From Flavobacterium sp. (GTDB lineage: Bacteria > Bacteroidota > Bacteroidia > Flavobacteriales > Flavobacteriaceae), in the NCBI GenBank assembly GCA_049841115.1, contig JASGHQ010000008.1, forward strand, positions 1,073 through 65,072: a DNA stretch of 64,000 nucleotides, given 5' to 3'. Position 1 is the stretch's first letter, and every line of letters begins with the position of its first letter. A program made the translations under genes and the position numbers. Under the pieces are notes generated by a model, which was not told where the DNA came from, did no database searches, and saw nothing but the letters and a program-made list of their open reading frames with translations. Shown here piece by piece: positions 1-9,603 of the stretch.

Positions 1-491
1 CGGAGCTGCAGCGTATTTTCAAACGTTTTACCAAAACCAAAATCATTATTCAGATGGATGGTTCCGCCAATGGCGCTGCTTCCGTAAACCGTGCTTCCTC
101 CGCCGGCACGGACGGTGATTGAAGAAAAATCTTTTGTTGAAATGGTATTGAAATCGGTTTGGCCGTTAAATACCGAGTTGATATTGATCCCGTTCCAGAT
201 TACAGCTGTCTGCTGGGCTGTAGTACCCCGGAACGATGGCGAAGAAACCATCCCCAAGCCATTTTCCTTGAAATAGACAACCGAATTATAATTCAGTAAA
301 CCCGTCAATGAGGCCTGGTTCTTCCTTACGATTGAATCATTGAGCTGCAGAACCGACTGTGAGTTCGAGAATTTTCTTAACTGCATATCGGAAACCCTTA
401 CTTCCTCAAGCCTGACAATAGAATCGTTCTGCGCGCAAATGCATTGGCACATAAAAAACGACATTACTAAAACCAGCTTTTTTAAAGTCAT
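1..491 (-). CDS. TonB-dependent receptor, BtuB-like (vitamin B12); N-terminal part, truncated by window start
   Basis: Not in the ORF track; translated by hand from ATG at 491: MTLKKLVLVMSFFMCQCICAQNDSIVRLEEVRVS...GMVSSPSFRGTTAQQTAVIWNGININS...GGGSTVYGSSAIGGTIHL. This is a signal peptide plus TonB plug-domain motifs, downstream of a cobalamin riboswitch. Confidence 0.9.
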   Translation of the reverse strand, partial: MTLKKLVLVMSFFMCQCICAQNDSIVRLEEVRVSDMQLRKFSNSQSVLQLNDSIVRKNQASLTGLLNYNSVVYFKENGLGMVSSPSFRGTTAQQTAVIWNGININSVFNGQTDFNTISTKDFSSITVRAGGGSTVYGSSAIGGTIHLNNDFGFGKTFENTLQL

Positions 492-532
492 AATTCCAAG
501 ACCTTTTTCCCGAAGGTCCGATATTAATTATG

Positions 533-708
533 AATCAGGCAGGTCTCCTGGCTTGCGTCTTGTTGTTTACCTTCTCGCCTTTTAATTCAAGACAATGGTT
601 TGCAGATAACAACAAGCTTTGTAGCTTACAGTTGCGGGAACAGCTTTGGTTTTGAACCAAATTCCCTTTTAATGCGATTTCGAAAAACAAAACCGCAACC
701 TTAATTCG
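533..708 (-). ncRNA. Cobalamin riboswitch
   Basis: Minus strand shows the conserved elements AAGGGAAT (668-661), CCCGCAACTGT (638-628) and AGCCAGGAGACCTGCC (553-538) in the correct order, upstream of the BtuB-like gene. Boundaries approximate. Confidence 0.93.
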
Positions 709-712
709 GGTA

Positions 713-720
713 CAAATATA
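713..720 (-). promoter_or_regulatory. Bacteroidota -7 promoter element (TATATTTG) for the riboswitch/TBDR transcript
   Basis: Matches TAnnTTTG immediately 5' of the riboswitch. Confidence 0.7.
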
Positions 721-785
721 ACACACAAAATTGATTTAATCTGAAATATTTATCTTAGTTTTACATATACAACAACTAACTCATT

Positions 786-1649
786 ATGAAAAAATTATTA
801 CTCATTTTATTGATCTCTGCATCTGCCTTTTCGCAAAACGCAATTGACATCCGACTTGTCGATGCTAATGTTGGACGTCCCGTTTATTCGCAGTTTCCGT
901 TTTTGAATCCTACCAATACTTCAAATGATGCCGGACTTAACGCTATACTGTCAACTTATGGCGCTACTCTTTATGAAGACAATATTCCACATCCATATCC
1001 CGCGTATTATTCGACTGCGAAACTCATCAGAGGTAATGTTTCACCCGAATTCTTAAACGCACTGACGGCTTATTCCAGTGTAATTGCCTATGCTAAACTT
1101 ACAACCGACTATGCATTTACGGATGCATTAGAGATCAAGCTTTTAAACGGGGCGACTGGTATTCCAACAGGTGTATCCAATAATGTTATTGTAACCAATG
1201 ATGCAGGACTGAATACCATTTTCCAAAACTTCAATGTTTACTTTTACCAACAAATGTATCCTTCTATTCCTGCAGACAATGATTTGTCGAATTATTACGA
1301 CATCGTATGCAATTGTGATAGCGTTGCATTAAACGCCGCATTATCCGCTTACAGCCAAGTGGTTCAGACAGCCTATAGCTCTTCAGGAGGCATTATGCTT
1401 TCCAATCCGGAAAATGAAAAAGCAAAAGCAGTTATTTCGCCCAATCCTTTTTCAGCCAATTTCAATATTGAAACCGAACAAACGATTACTGATTATTCCA
1501 TCATCGACATTAGCGGAAAAACGGTGATAACAACGTCATCAAAAGAGCAACTGGACAACCAATTGCCACAGCTAAGCGCCGGAGTGTATATCCTGAACCT
1601 TGTTTTTGACAATGGGCAAAAAGCGAATTACAAATTGGTAAAAAAATAA
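786..1649 (+). CDS. T9SS type A sorting domain protein with two internal repeats
   Basis: Signal peptide; C-terminal ISPNPFS...YSIIDISGK...LSAGVYILNL...YKLVKK CTD; NDAGLN repeat occurs twice. Confidence 0.85.
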   Translation: MKKLLLILLISASAFSQNAIDIRLVDANVGRPVYSQFPFLNPTNTSNDAGLNAILSTYGATLYEDNIPHPYPAYYSTAKLIRGNVSPEFLNALTAYSSVIAYAKLTTDYAFTDALEIKLLNGATGIPTGVSNNVIVTNDAGLNTIFQNFNVYFYQQMYPSIPADNDLSNYYDIVCNCDSVALNAALSAYSQVVQTAYSSSGGIMLSNPENEKAKAVISPNPFSANFNIETEQTITDYSIIDISGKTVITTSSKEQLDNQLPQLSAGVYILNLVFDNGQKANYKLVKK

Positions 1650-1673
1650 AAATTATTTTTAAGGGTTAAACTA

Positions 1674-1681
1674 TAACTTTG
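1674..1681 (+). promoter_or_regulatory. -7 promoter element TAACTTTG upstream of the ABC substrate-binding gene
   Basis: TAnnTTTG match 19 nt before the ATG at 1701. Confidence 0.55.
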
Positions 1682-1700
1682 CAGAACCTGTAAAAAAGTT

Positions 1701-2855
1701 ATGAAATCTACCTTATCCAAAATTACATTACTAGTATTACTGCTATTTTTCATTAGCTGCAAAACCGAAACCAAGCCGGAGAAAACAGATTCCCATGAAA
1801 ACACAGTACGTTATGCCAAAGGTTTTTCGATCCAGAATTACGATGGGTACTCTATTGTAACCGTAAAAAACCCATGGCCCAAAGCGGAGAAAACCTACAC
1901 CTATATCTTAAAGGAAAAAAACGGCATCGTTCCTGATAGTTTAAAACAAAACCTGATTGTCGCGGTTCCGGTCAAATCAATCGTTGTGACTTCAACTACT
2001 CATATCCCGTCGCTGGAAATGCTGGACAGGGTGAACTCTTTGGTTGGCTTTCCGCACTGCGATTATATTTCATCCGAAAAAGTACGTGCCCGGATTGATG
2101 CCGGAAAAGTAAAGGAACTTGGCAACAACCAGGACCTGAATACCGAAGTGCTGCTCGACCTGCAGCCCAATGTTATCATCGGCTATGGAATCGATAATAA
2201 AAACCCAACGCTTGACAATCTGCAGAAAAGCGGGCTGAAAGTAATGCTCAACGGAGACTGGAACGAAGAAACCGCATTAGGCAAAGCCGAATGGATCAAG
2301 TTCTTCGGGGCTTTATACGGCAAGCAGCCACTAGCTGAAAAAATCTTTAGCAAAATCGAAAAAGATTATTTAAAGACCCTTGAGATTGCCAAATTAAGTA
2401 AAACAACCCCAACCGTTTTGGTTGGCGATATGTTTGAGGACCGCTGGTACCTGCCTAAAGGAACGAGCTGGGGAAGCCAACTGATCAAACAGGCGAACGG
2501 CAATTACCTATGGCAGGAAACCAGCGGCACCGGAAGCTTGTCATTGTCGTTCGAAACTGTTTTTGAAAAGGCAAAAAATGCCGATCTCTGGATTACTTCA
2601 GGGCAGTTTTCTAGCCTAAAGGAAATGACCGACATGAATCCGCATTATGCCAAATTTGACGCTTTTGCAAAAGACAATGTATATACTTTCAGCAGGAAGC
2701 AAGGAAAAACAGGCGGTATCCTTTATTACGAACTGGCGCCCAACCGGCCTGATCTGGTTTTGAAGGATCTGGTAAAAATCCTGCATCCCGAATTACTGCA
2801 GGGTTATCATCCATTTTTCTTTGAAAAATTAAAACAGCCGCAACCAAAACTTTAA
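1701..2855 (+). CDS. Iron/cobalamin ABC transporter substrate-binding lipoprotein (BtuF/FecB-like)
   Basis: Lipobox FISC; motifs PVKSIVVTSTTH, E.LLDLQP.VII, LGKAEWIKFFGAL, RPDLVLKDLVKILHP. Confidence 0.9.
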   Translation: MKSTLSKITLLVLLLFFISCKTETKPEKTDSHENTVRYAKGFSIQNYDGYSIVTVKNPWPKAEKTYTYILKEKNGIVPDSLKQNLIVAVPVKSIVVTSTTHIPSLEMLDRVNSLVGFPHCDYISSEKVRARIDAGKVKELGNNQDLNTEVLLDLQPNVIIGYGIDNKNPTLDNLQKSGLKVMLNGDWNEETALGKAEWIKFFGALYGKQPLAEKIFSKIEKDYLKTLEIAKLSKTTPTVLVGDMFEDRWYLPKGTSWGSQLIKQANGNYLWQETSGTGSLSLSFETVFEKAKNADLWITSGQFSSLKEMTDMNPHYAKFDAFAKDNVYTFSRKQGKTGGILYYELAPNRPDLVLKDLVKILHPELLQGYHPFFFEKLKQPQPKL

Positions 2856-2883
2856 GACAGTCCTGAAAAACCAAAATTACATA

Positions 2884-3885
2884 TTGTTCCTCGCGCTTGG
2901 CTTTGCTTTGCTACTTACCTTCCTGCTGAACATTTCGTTCGGCCAGGTTGCCATTCCGATGAAGGAAGTATTCCGAAGTTTGTTTGGCAATGGCGCTTCA
3001 AAGGAAACCTGGGAATACATCATTGTGAATTTCCGCCTGCCCAAAGCAATTACTGCCGTCCTTGTTGGAGTCGGGCTTTCGGTTTCCGGTTTATTGATGC
3101 AAACCTTGTTCCGCAATCCGCTGGCCGGGCCTTATGTACTTGGGCTAAGCTCCGGATCGAGCCTGGGCGTTGCTTTTGTGATTTTGGGTGCCGGATTATT
3201 GCCCGCCGCATTTTCACAGTTTTTACTTTCCTCATACGGAATTATAATTGCTTCCTGCATTGGCAGCTTATCGGTATTGCTGATGATTTTGATTGTTTCG
3301 CAACGGTTGCGCGACACGATGTCGATATTAATTGTTGGCTTGATGTTCAGCAGCTTTACCAGCGCCATTGTAAGTGTCTTCAGCTATTTCAGCACAGCCG
3401 AGCAATTACAGAAATATACATTCTGGTCAATGGGTAGCATTGGCAATATCTCGTGGCTCAATATTGCCATCCTGGCGGTTTGCGTTTTTATCGGATTGTT
3501 ATTGAGTTTGCTTTCACTGAAACCGTTAGATGCATTGTTATTGGGGGAAAACTATGCAAAAAGCATGGGATTGAACATTTCCAGGGCGCGGTATGTCATT
3601 ATTTTTGCCACCAGCATCCTTGCCGGAAGCATTACGGCTTTCGCCGGGCCTATTGCCTTTATTGGGCTGGCGGTACCGCATCTGGTAAAATTATTATTCC
3701 GTACCAGCAACCACCAAATCCTATTTATTGGAACACTTTTTATCGGTTCGATAATCATGTTGATTTGCGATGCGGTTTCCCAAATGCCTGGTTTTGAGTT
3801 TACATTGCCAATCAATGCAATTACATCCATAATCGGCGCACCGATGGTAATCTGGCTGATTGTCCGCAGAAAAAGTTTTAATTAG
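2884..3885 (+). CDS. FecCD/BtuC-family ABC permease
   Basis: FRLPKAITAVLVG, QTLFRNPLAGP, AKSMG, GPIAFIGLAVPH, LPINAITSIIGAP motifs. Start uncertain (in-frame CTG at 2863). Confidence 0.92.
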   Translation: MFLALGFALLLTFLLNISFGQVAIPMKEVFRSLFGNGASKETWEYIIVNFRLPKAITAVLVGVGLSVSGLLMQTLFRNPLAGPYVLGLSSGSSLGVAFVILGAGLLPAAFSQFLLSSYGIIIASCIGSLSVLLMILIVSQRLRDTMSILIVGLMFSSFTSAIVSVFSYFSTAEQLQKYTFWSMGSIGNISWLNIAILAVCVFIGLLLSLLSLKPLDALLLGENYAKSMGLNISRARYVIIFATSILAGSITAFAGPIAFIGLAVPHLVKLLFRTSNHQILFIGTLFIGSIIMLICDAVSQMPGFEFTLPINAITSIIGAPMVIWLIVRRKSFN

Positions 3886-5430
3886 CTACGGTTTTACAGT
3901 AATGTATTTGGCCAGCAAATCATCACAGACCTGGCAATCGCCTCCAAGTTCCTTTTTGGTCAGATTAAAAGAATCGTATACAGCTTTGGCCGTCCCTTCA
4001 TAGCTTTGAAGCATTAAATAGATTGCAATCCGCAAATTTAAATAAGCACTATCTGTTTTGTCAGTCACATATTTGACTGCACTTTCACTATAGAACTGGC
4101 TCAGTGTCTGATTGTCATTAAGGAAATAAATATGCGCCAACAGGCTCAGGCATTTGAAATCCTCAGCATTGACCGCTTTAGATTTCCTGCACCATTCACC
4201 GGCCTTCTCAAGGTCATTCTGCAATAGGTATACGGTTGCGATATCCAAATATTCATTGGCAAAGCCATCATCATTAAAACCTTTTTCCATTTTTTCCTCC
4301 ACTGTTTTTTGATAACCGGCATAATCGTTTTTGGTGTTATATATATTCAGCATTAAATCATAAACCTCATTACTGTTAATCCCAACCGATTGCTTGGTTA
4401 ACGGAAGTGCCGCAACGGCTTTTTGGGCAGACTCAAGAGCCATATCCATCTTGTTTTGCATATAATACAGTAATGCGAGGTACCTGTTTCCCGAATAAGA
4501 GTTAATGGTTTTATTCTGGAGCGATTCGGTAAAGACCTTTACCAATTGTGTCATTTTGTTTTTTTCCCTTTCTGAAAAGTTTAAAGTTAAAGCTGTCTTT
4601 CCCTGACTCGTTTTAAATGTCAACATTTTATAGAAAAGTGCCATAGCCTCAATCATGTTACGGGCATTCTGAATTTGGATGTTGTTTTTGTATTTCGCGG
4701 CATACTTATTCAACAGGCTATAATCTATCAATTGGTCGTATTCCTTTTGGCTATAAATTTTCCTTTTGGTTTCGTCTGACAAAATCTCTTTAATTTCAAA
4801 TAGATAAGGCATATACAGCATAATATAATACTTTTGCGGCCATTCATTGGCATCTATTTTTTTCAAACTGAGTTGCCTTGCCTCTTGCACATGTCCATTG
4901 AATATAAGAAGCATTGGATAAAATGTGTTGGCCAAAGAATCTAACGGATTAATTTTTAATGCTTTTTCCATATCAGCCAGCGGTTCCATATCCAGATGGG
5001 TTTTTAGCATTCCCCGGAACGAATAATAGTTGGCACTGTCTTTTTTCTTTTCTTCCAGAAAGCGGGGAAGGTTTTTATAGGCTTTTTGATAATAGTTCCT
5101 TGCAGAAACGGGATCATTGTTCTTTTGATAATATTCAGCCACATCATTTAAAACTATTGGGTTCAGGGAATCCTTTTGAAGCAAAGCCTGCTTCTTCTTT
5201 AGGTATTCTTTATCATAAGGCACCTGGTCCATCATATCCTCAATTTTCATCTCCATATCTAAAGTGCTGATATTAAACGAAAAATTATTGGCCAATTTGA
5301 ATAGATCTTTGTTAAGCCCAAGAAAGTTCCGCTTTTCTTCAGGCGTAAATTTTCTGGTGAATTCATAGGTTTGGGCAGATAGTATTTGCGCCGAAAAAAT
5401 AAGTATCAAGGCAAGAAACAGTTTCTTCAT
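3886..5430 (-). CDS. Tetratricopeptide-repeat secreted protein
   Basis: 514-aa ORF with signal peptide and several TPR-like helical repeats (ARNYYQKAYK, DMEKALKINPLDS, AGEWCRKSKAVNAED). Confidence 0.75.
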   Translation of the reverse strand: MKKLFLALILIFSAQILSAQTYEFTRKFTPEEKRNFLGLNKDLFKLANNFSFNISTLDMEMKIEDMMDQVPYDKEYLKKKQALLQKDSLNPIVLNDVAEYYQKNNDPVSARNYYQKAYKNLPRFLEEKKKDSANYYSFRGMLKTHLDMEPLADMEKALKINPLDSLANTFYPMLLIFNGHVQEARQLSLKKIDANEWPQKYYIMLYMPYLFEIKEILSDETKRKIYSQKEYDQLIDYSLLNKYAAKYKNNIQIQNARNMIEAMALFYKMLTFKTSQGKTALTLNFSEREKNKMTQLVKVFTESLQNKTINSYSGNRYLALLYYMQNKMDMALESAQKAVAALPLTKQSVGINSNEVYDLMLNIYNTKNDYAGYQKTVEEKMEKGFNDDGFANEYLDIATVYLLQNDLEKAGEWCRKSKAVNAEDFKCLSLLAHIYFLNDNQTLSQFYSESAVKYVTDKTDSAYLNLRIAIYLMLQSYEGTAKAVYDSFNLTKKELGGDCQVCDDLLAKYITVKP

Positions 5431-5534
5431 AGGGTATTTTTTAGCGAATGTATTTTTTTATCCGTTAGTAATAAAATGGAAATGAGTTTATTTTTCTTTG
5501 CAATAAATAGTACTTTTGTTATCATCTCACTCAA

Positions 5535-5981
5535 ATGCATGCTATGAAAAATACTTTACGTAAAATCTATATCCTGCTTTTCAGCGTTTCAGCGTTTTTG
5601 CTGTCCGGCTGTTCCGAATTAATTGACTGCGTGGCAAGTGCGCGGCCCAACCTGCACTCAAAAAACCTGGCTACAGGCACAGTTGGCGGAAGTTATACCG
5701 ATTTCCTTGAAGCTGACATTACCAATGAACCGCACGATAATGATTATGATTATTTCTTTTCTGTGCATGGCAATCTCCCGCCCGGGATGACGTATTATGA
5801 ACAAGGGAGGAAAGTGTTTTTTACCGGAACACCTTCGCAGGCCGGAACCTTTTCCTTTAAGGTAACCTTGACCGTTGACCCTCCGGATTCTTTTTCTAAC
5901 GGAGGTTTCTGGAACGATAGCAATAGGATCTGTTTTGATGACGATACCATCACTAAGGAATTTACCATTGTCATTCAATAA
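5535..5981 (+). CDS. Lipoprotein with putative Ig (He_PIG-like) domain
   Basis: Lipobox LSGC; GNLPPGMT...FTGTPSQAGTFSFKVTLT motif. Confidence 0.7.
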   Translation: MHAMKNTLRKIYILLFSVSAFLLSGCSELIDCVASARPNLHSKNLATGTVGGSYTDFLEADITNEPHDNDYDYFFSVHGNLPPGMTYYEQGRKVFFTGTPSQAGTFSFKVTLTVDPPDSFSNGGFWNDSNRICFDDDTITKEFTIVIQ

Positions 5982-5984
5982 CCA

Positions 5985-6776
5985 TTGGAACAAAACAGTC
6001 AAATACTCACTGCTTCCAATTTAAGCATTGGTTACCAATCCAAAAAACACCACAATGTCATTGCCGAAAACCTAAACCTGAGTTTGGGAAAATCAAGATT
6101 GGTAGCATTGGTGGGTGCCAACGGCATTGGTAAATCCACGCTTTTGCGCACGCTTACCGGCATCCAAAGGCCATTGAACGGAAAGGTAGCCTTAAACGGC
6201 AAGGATATTTTTTCTTATGAACCACCGGATTTGGCGCAAAACCTGAGTTTGGTGCTGACAGAAAAACTGCCGCCGAGCAACCTGACTGTTTTTGAACTGA
6301 TTGCCTTGGGGCGCCAGCCTTATACCAACTGGCTTGGCAAGCTTTCTCCGGAAGATCTGGAGAAAATAAACCTCGCGATTGCGCTGACACAGATTGGGCA
6401 TCTGACAGATAAAAGGCATTACGAAATCAGCGACGGGCAACTGCAGGTAGTTTTGATTGCACGGGCATTGGCGCAGGACACGCCATTGATTATCCTGGAT
6501 GAGCCTACGACCCATTTGGACCTGCTTCACAAGGTTTCCGTTTTCAGGCTTTTGAAAAAGCTGTCAAAGGAAACCGGAAAATGCATTTTGTTTTCGACCC
6601 ATGATATTGACCTGGCTATCGAGCTTTCGGACGAAATGATTGTAATGACAGGAGAAAGTGTAGTTCAGGATCAGCCAAAAAATTTAATTTCCAAAAGGAT
6701 TTTTGACAGCATTTTTAAAGATGAAAATCTTTTCTTTGATCAGGAAAAAGGGAAATTCGCTTTCAAAAACCTGTGA
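5985..6776 (+). CDS. FecE/BtuD-family ABC transporter ATP-binding protein
   Basis: Walker A GANGIGKS, signature-like ISDGQLQ, Walker B IILDEPT, H-loop STHD. Confidence 0.93.
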   Translation: MEQNSQILTASNLSIGYQSKKHHNVIAENLNLSLGKSRLVALVGANGIGKSTLLRTLTGIQRPLNGKVALNGKDIFSYEPPDLAQNLSLVLTEKLPPSNLTVFELIALGRQPYTNWLGKLSPEDLEKINLAIALTQIGHLTDKRHYEISDGQLQVVLIARALAQDTPLIILDEPTTHLDLLHKVSVFRLLKKLSKETGKCILFSTHDIDLAIELSDEMIVMTGESVVQDQPKNLISKRIFDSIFKDENLFFDQEKGKFAFKNL

Positions 6777-6824
6777 TAACCCAGCAGTTGTTTTTATCTT
6801 TGCAGGAACAGTAACAACCAGGCG

Positions 6825-7328
6825 ATGAAACATCTTATCAAAATTTTCCTGTTTCTTGGAATAGTGACAGCACAGGCACAATCAAAAAATCAATTGCAGC
6901 TTACTCTCCAAGGTTTCCTTCCTATTGAAATAAACGCACCTAATTTGCCGCTGGACCAGTTAATGGAGCTATCCAAATCGTGGGCGCCTTATTTCAATAA
7001 AAATGGCTATGATGTTTCTGAAGTGACTACAAATTCGATGGTTATCGACGCCAAATATGAAAACGCGTATTATTATTACAACGTGGGCGTAAAATACAAT
7101 TGCGATATCCGGTATTCGTTGAAAATCGTATTTACGGAAGACCGGAAATGCCAGATGAAATTAACAGTAAAGGAAATTTATGCCGGAAACGTTTTGACAA
7201 AAACTACCATCGCGGATTTTTTTACCTCCGACGGAAACGTAAAGGATGATTTTAGCGATGCGAAACCATCGCTGGAAAATAGCGTAAACCGGATTTTTAA
7301 ATCATATGCCAATTTTATCTCGCGCTAA
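6825..7328 (+). CDS. Secreted hypothetical protein (DUF4468-like)
   Basis: Signal peptide; 167 aa; TATCTTTG promoter element at 6795-6802. Confidence 0.65.
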   Translation: MKHLIKIFLFLGIVTAQAQSKNQLQLTLQGFLPIEINAPNLPLDQLMELSKSWAPYFNKNGYDVSEVTTNSMVIDAKYENAYYYYNVGVKYNCDIRYSLKIVFTEDRKCQMKLTVKEIYAGNVLTKTTIADFFTSDGNVKDDFSDAKPSLENSVNRIFKSYANFISR

Positions 7329-8160
7329 AATCGGGATGATTCCTTTCGTAGCGCACGCGGTACACGCGCAATAGGTTTTCGATTTTATTGTGCTTTACGC
7401 CAAGGCCCTGAACACTCATTTCAACAGATCTGTCCTTATAATCCAAGACAAGATAATGACGTATATAATCAGCTTCTTTCCTTGGTTCGACAATGTCATT
7501 GGCAATGTCTTTCCACTCCATTAAATCCTTCCTGTAAAATTTGACCCCCGAAGCATTCAGTATGAGCTGCGGCTCTTTTGCAACCAAATCCTTTATCGCT
7601 GAAAACACCATAAAACTGCCAAATGCAAAAGGAATAAGCAGTAAATAGCCTTTTTCGCCGCCCGTTACAAAAGGGTAGATTACGACTCCCAGTATAATTA
7701 AGCCGAGCATCAGCATCAATAACGTTTTGGGCTGGCTGAAATAAATGATCATTTCTTTAGGGACGTCAAAATCATCGCGGTATACATCCTTTTCAAGAAA
7801 CTTCTTTTCGAGCTGCTTTAGTTTCTGTTTTTGCTCACGGCTCCTAATTTCATTGCGTTCTGACCTGCTGTTATCTTCGCCAATCAATTTGCTTTCAATT
7901 GCTTTTCGTTTTAATTCATGGACATTCCTAACGTTTTCAAATGCCCAGATGCGCCATTTTGTAATTTGCGTATTCCAGTAAAAATACATAGCCACCAAGC
8001 CGAAAACAAACCCGCCAGCTATATACCATGGAGTTAGGTCGAGTTGGGCCACTAAAACAACGGAACCAATGATACTGCCAAAAAAAAGCAGCAACCCCGG
8101 AAAAATGATCGTTTTTTTTCCTTTTGAAATTGCCTGGTCTACCGTAACCGTTTCTATCAT
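7315..8160 (-). CDS. Hypothetical membrane protein (two TM hairpins)
   Basis: 281-aa ORF with four hydrophobic segments; overlaps the trmL stop by 4 nt, so probably co-transcribed. Confidence 0.7.
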   Translation of the reverse strand: MIETVTVDQAISKGKKTIIFPGLLLFFGSIIGSVVLVAQLDLTPWYIAGGFVFGLVAMYFYWNTQITKWRIWAFENVRNVHELKRKAIESKLIGEDNSRSERNEIRSREQKQKLKQLEKKFLEKDVYRDDFDVPKEMIIYFSQPKTLLMLMLGLIILGVVIYPFVTGGEKGYLLLIPFAFGSFMVFSAIKDLVAKEPQLILNASGVKFYRKDLMEWKDIANDIVEPRKEADYIRHYLVLDYKDRSVEMSVQGLGVKHNKIENLLRVYRVRYERNHPDFSAR

Positions 8161-8615
8161 ATCTTTTTTAAATTGATTTGCCTTTTTGCTTCGCCGACCA
8201 CAAAAGCCACTGAATTGGCAATATTATAGCTTCGGATCAGATTGGACATCGGAATCGTAAGATGGTTTTCGAACAGTGCCAAAACCTCTTTGCTCAACCC
8301 AACGCTTTCCTTTCCAAAAACCAGCCAGTCACCATCCTGGAATTCGGCATCATAAATAGATTTTGTGGCATGCGAGCTCATCAGGAAAACCCTTGACTTA
8401 TCCTCAACCTGATGCATCCATTCGGTCACATTTTGGTATTCGGTAACGTCAAGATGCACCCAATAATCAAGCCCGGAACGCTTTAGGTTTTTGTCATTGA
8501 TCACAAATCCGAATGGATGGATCAAATGCAAACGGCTTTCGGTACCAACGCTTAGCCGGCCAATATTTCCTGTATTATTTGGGATTTCGGGTTCTACTAA
8601 AACGATATTGAGCAT
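8157..8615 (-). CDS. trmL: tRNA (cytidine(34)-2'-O)-methyltransferase, SpoU/TrmL family
   Basis: LVEPEIPNNTGNIGR, LKRSGLDYW, FGKESVGL, IRSYNIANSVA. Confidence 0.93.
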   Translation of the reverse strand: MLNIVLVEPEIPNNTGNIGRLSVGTESRLHLIHPFGFVINDKNLKRSGLDYWVHLDVTEYQNVTEWMHQVEDKSRVFLMSSHATKSIYDAEFQDGDWLVFGKESVGLSKEVLALFENHLTIPMSNLIRSYNIANSVAFVVGEAKRQINLKKI

Positions 8616-8636
8616 TTTTTTAGCTTCTTTAGATGG

Positions 8637-9203
8637 TTATATGCTGAATTTGTCTACTTCTAAAACTTCACCTGCCTTTAGGTTTTGCAAATGTATGTTT
8701 CCTATGCGAATCCTGACCAATCGCAGTGTCGGAAATCCAACGGCTGCAGTCATTTTACGGACTTGCCGGAACTTGCCTTCCGTTAATATTATTGAAACCC
8801 AAGATGTTGGGCCGTGCCTCTCGTCGCGGATTTTTCTTCCAACACCGATGCATTCGGGAAGTTCGTTTATCAGTTTGGCCTCGCAGTTTCTGGTCGTATA
8901 ACGGATTCCCTTAAACCCAATCTCTACTCCGTTTTTCAGCTGTTCCACAGCTTCTTCATTGATGATTCCGTCTACCTGTGCATAATATTCCTTTTCGACA
9001 CTTTTACTGCGTACCGCTTCACTCGTCATCCCATCTGTTGTGAGCAAAAGCAGGCCTTCGGAATCTTCATCCAGGCGCCCTATTGCCATTGTCCCTTCGG
9101 GGAAATCATATAATTCGCCTAACAATTTCTTAGGCCGCTTCTTTTCGTAAATGAATTGGCTTAAATAACCATTCGGCTTGTGGATCAGGAAATTACGATG
9201 CAT
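8637..9203 (-). CDS. RsuA/RluE-family pseudouridine synthase
   Basis: HKPNGYLSQF, GRLDEDSEGLLLLT, LTEGKFRQVRKM, GFPTLRLVR. Confidence 0.92.
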   Translation of the reverse strand: MHRNFLIHKPNGYLSQFIYEKKRPKKLLGELYDFPEGTMAIGRLDEDSEGLLLLTTDGMTSEAVRSKSVEKEYYAQVDGIINEEAVEQLKNGVEIGFKGIRYTTRNCEAKLINELPECIGVGRKIRDERHGPTSWVSIILTEGKFRQVRKMTAAVGFPTLRLVRIRIGNIHLQNLKAGEVLEVDKFSI

Positions 9204-9291
9204 CGGATTTGTATAAGCAAATGTTAAAATTGTATAAATGCTTTGGCAAAATTAAGGTTAATTTTAACATGTCAATTTAAACCTTTAGGAT

Positions 9292-9555
9292 ATGAAAACA
9301 ATTTACTCACTTCTGGCTAACATGGCATCCCTGGCTTTTGGATATGCGTTTGTATCGAACTTAAAATATTCTTCCGACTTCAGTTATTTGATTTTCATGT
9401 CGCTGCTGGTAATCCTGACCTTCATTTTCATAATCCTTGGCATTATGAGCTTTCCGAAAAGATCAAAACCAAAATCTTTTTTTTACAACAGTTATTCCGA
9501 CCGCAGGGTAAAAAATGCGGAATTTGACAACTTTTTTTCGTTTATAAAAGAATAA
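9292..9555 (+). CDS. Small membrane protein
   Basis: 87 aa with two hydrophobic segments; sole plausible ORF in the gap. Confidence 0.65.
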   Translation: MKTIYSLLANMASLAFGYAFVSNLKYSSDFSYLIFMSLLVILTFIFIILGIMSFPKRSKPKSFFYNSYSDRRVKNAEFDNFFSFIKE

Positions 9556-9603
9556 AAAAAGCTACCCAAACGGATAGCTTTCAACATCTTGGCAAATCAA
9601 TTC

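Noticed and set aside
91-726. ORF-track entries 91-276(+), 340-585(+) and 535-726(-)
   Set aside because: Shadow ORFs over the BtuB-like gene and the riboswitch; no protein-like features
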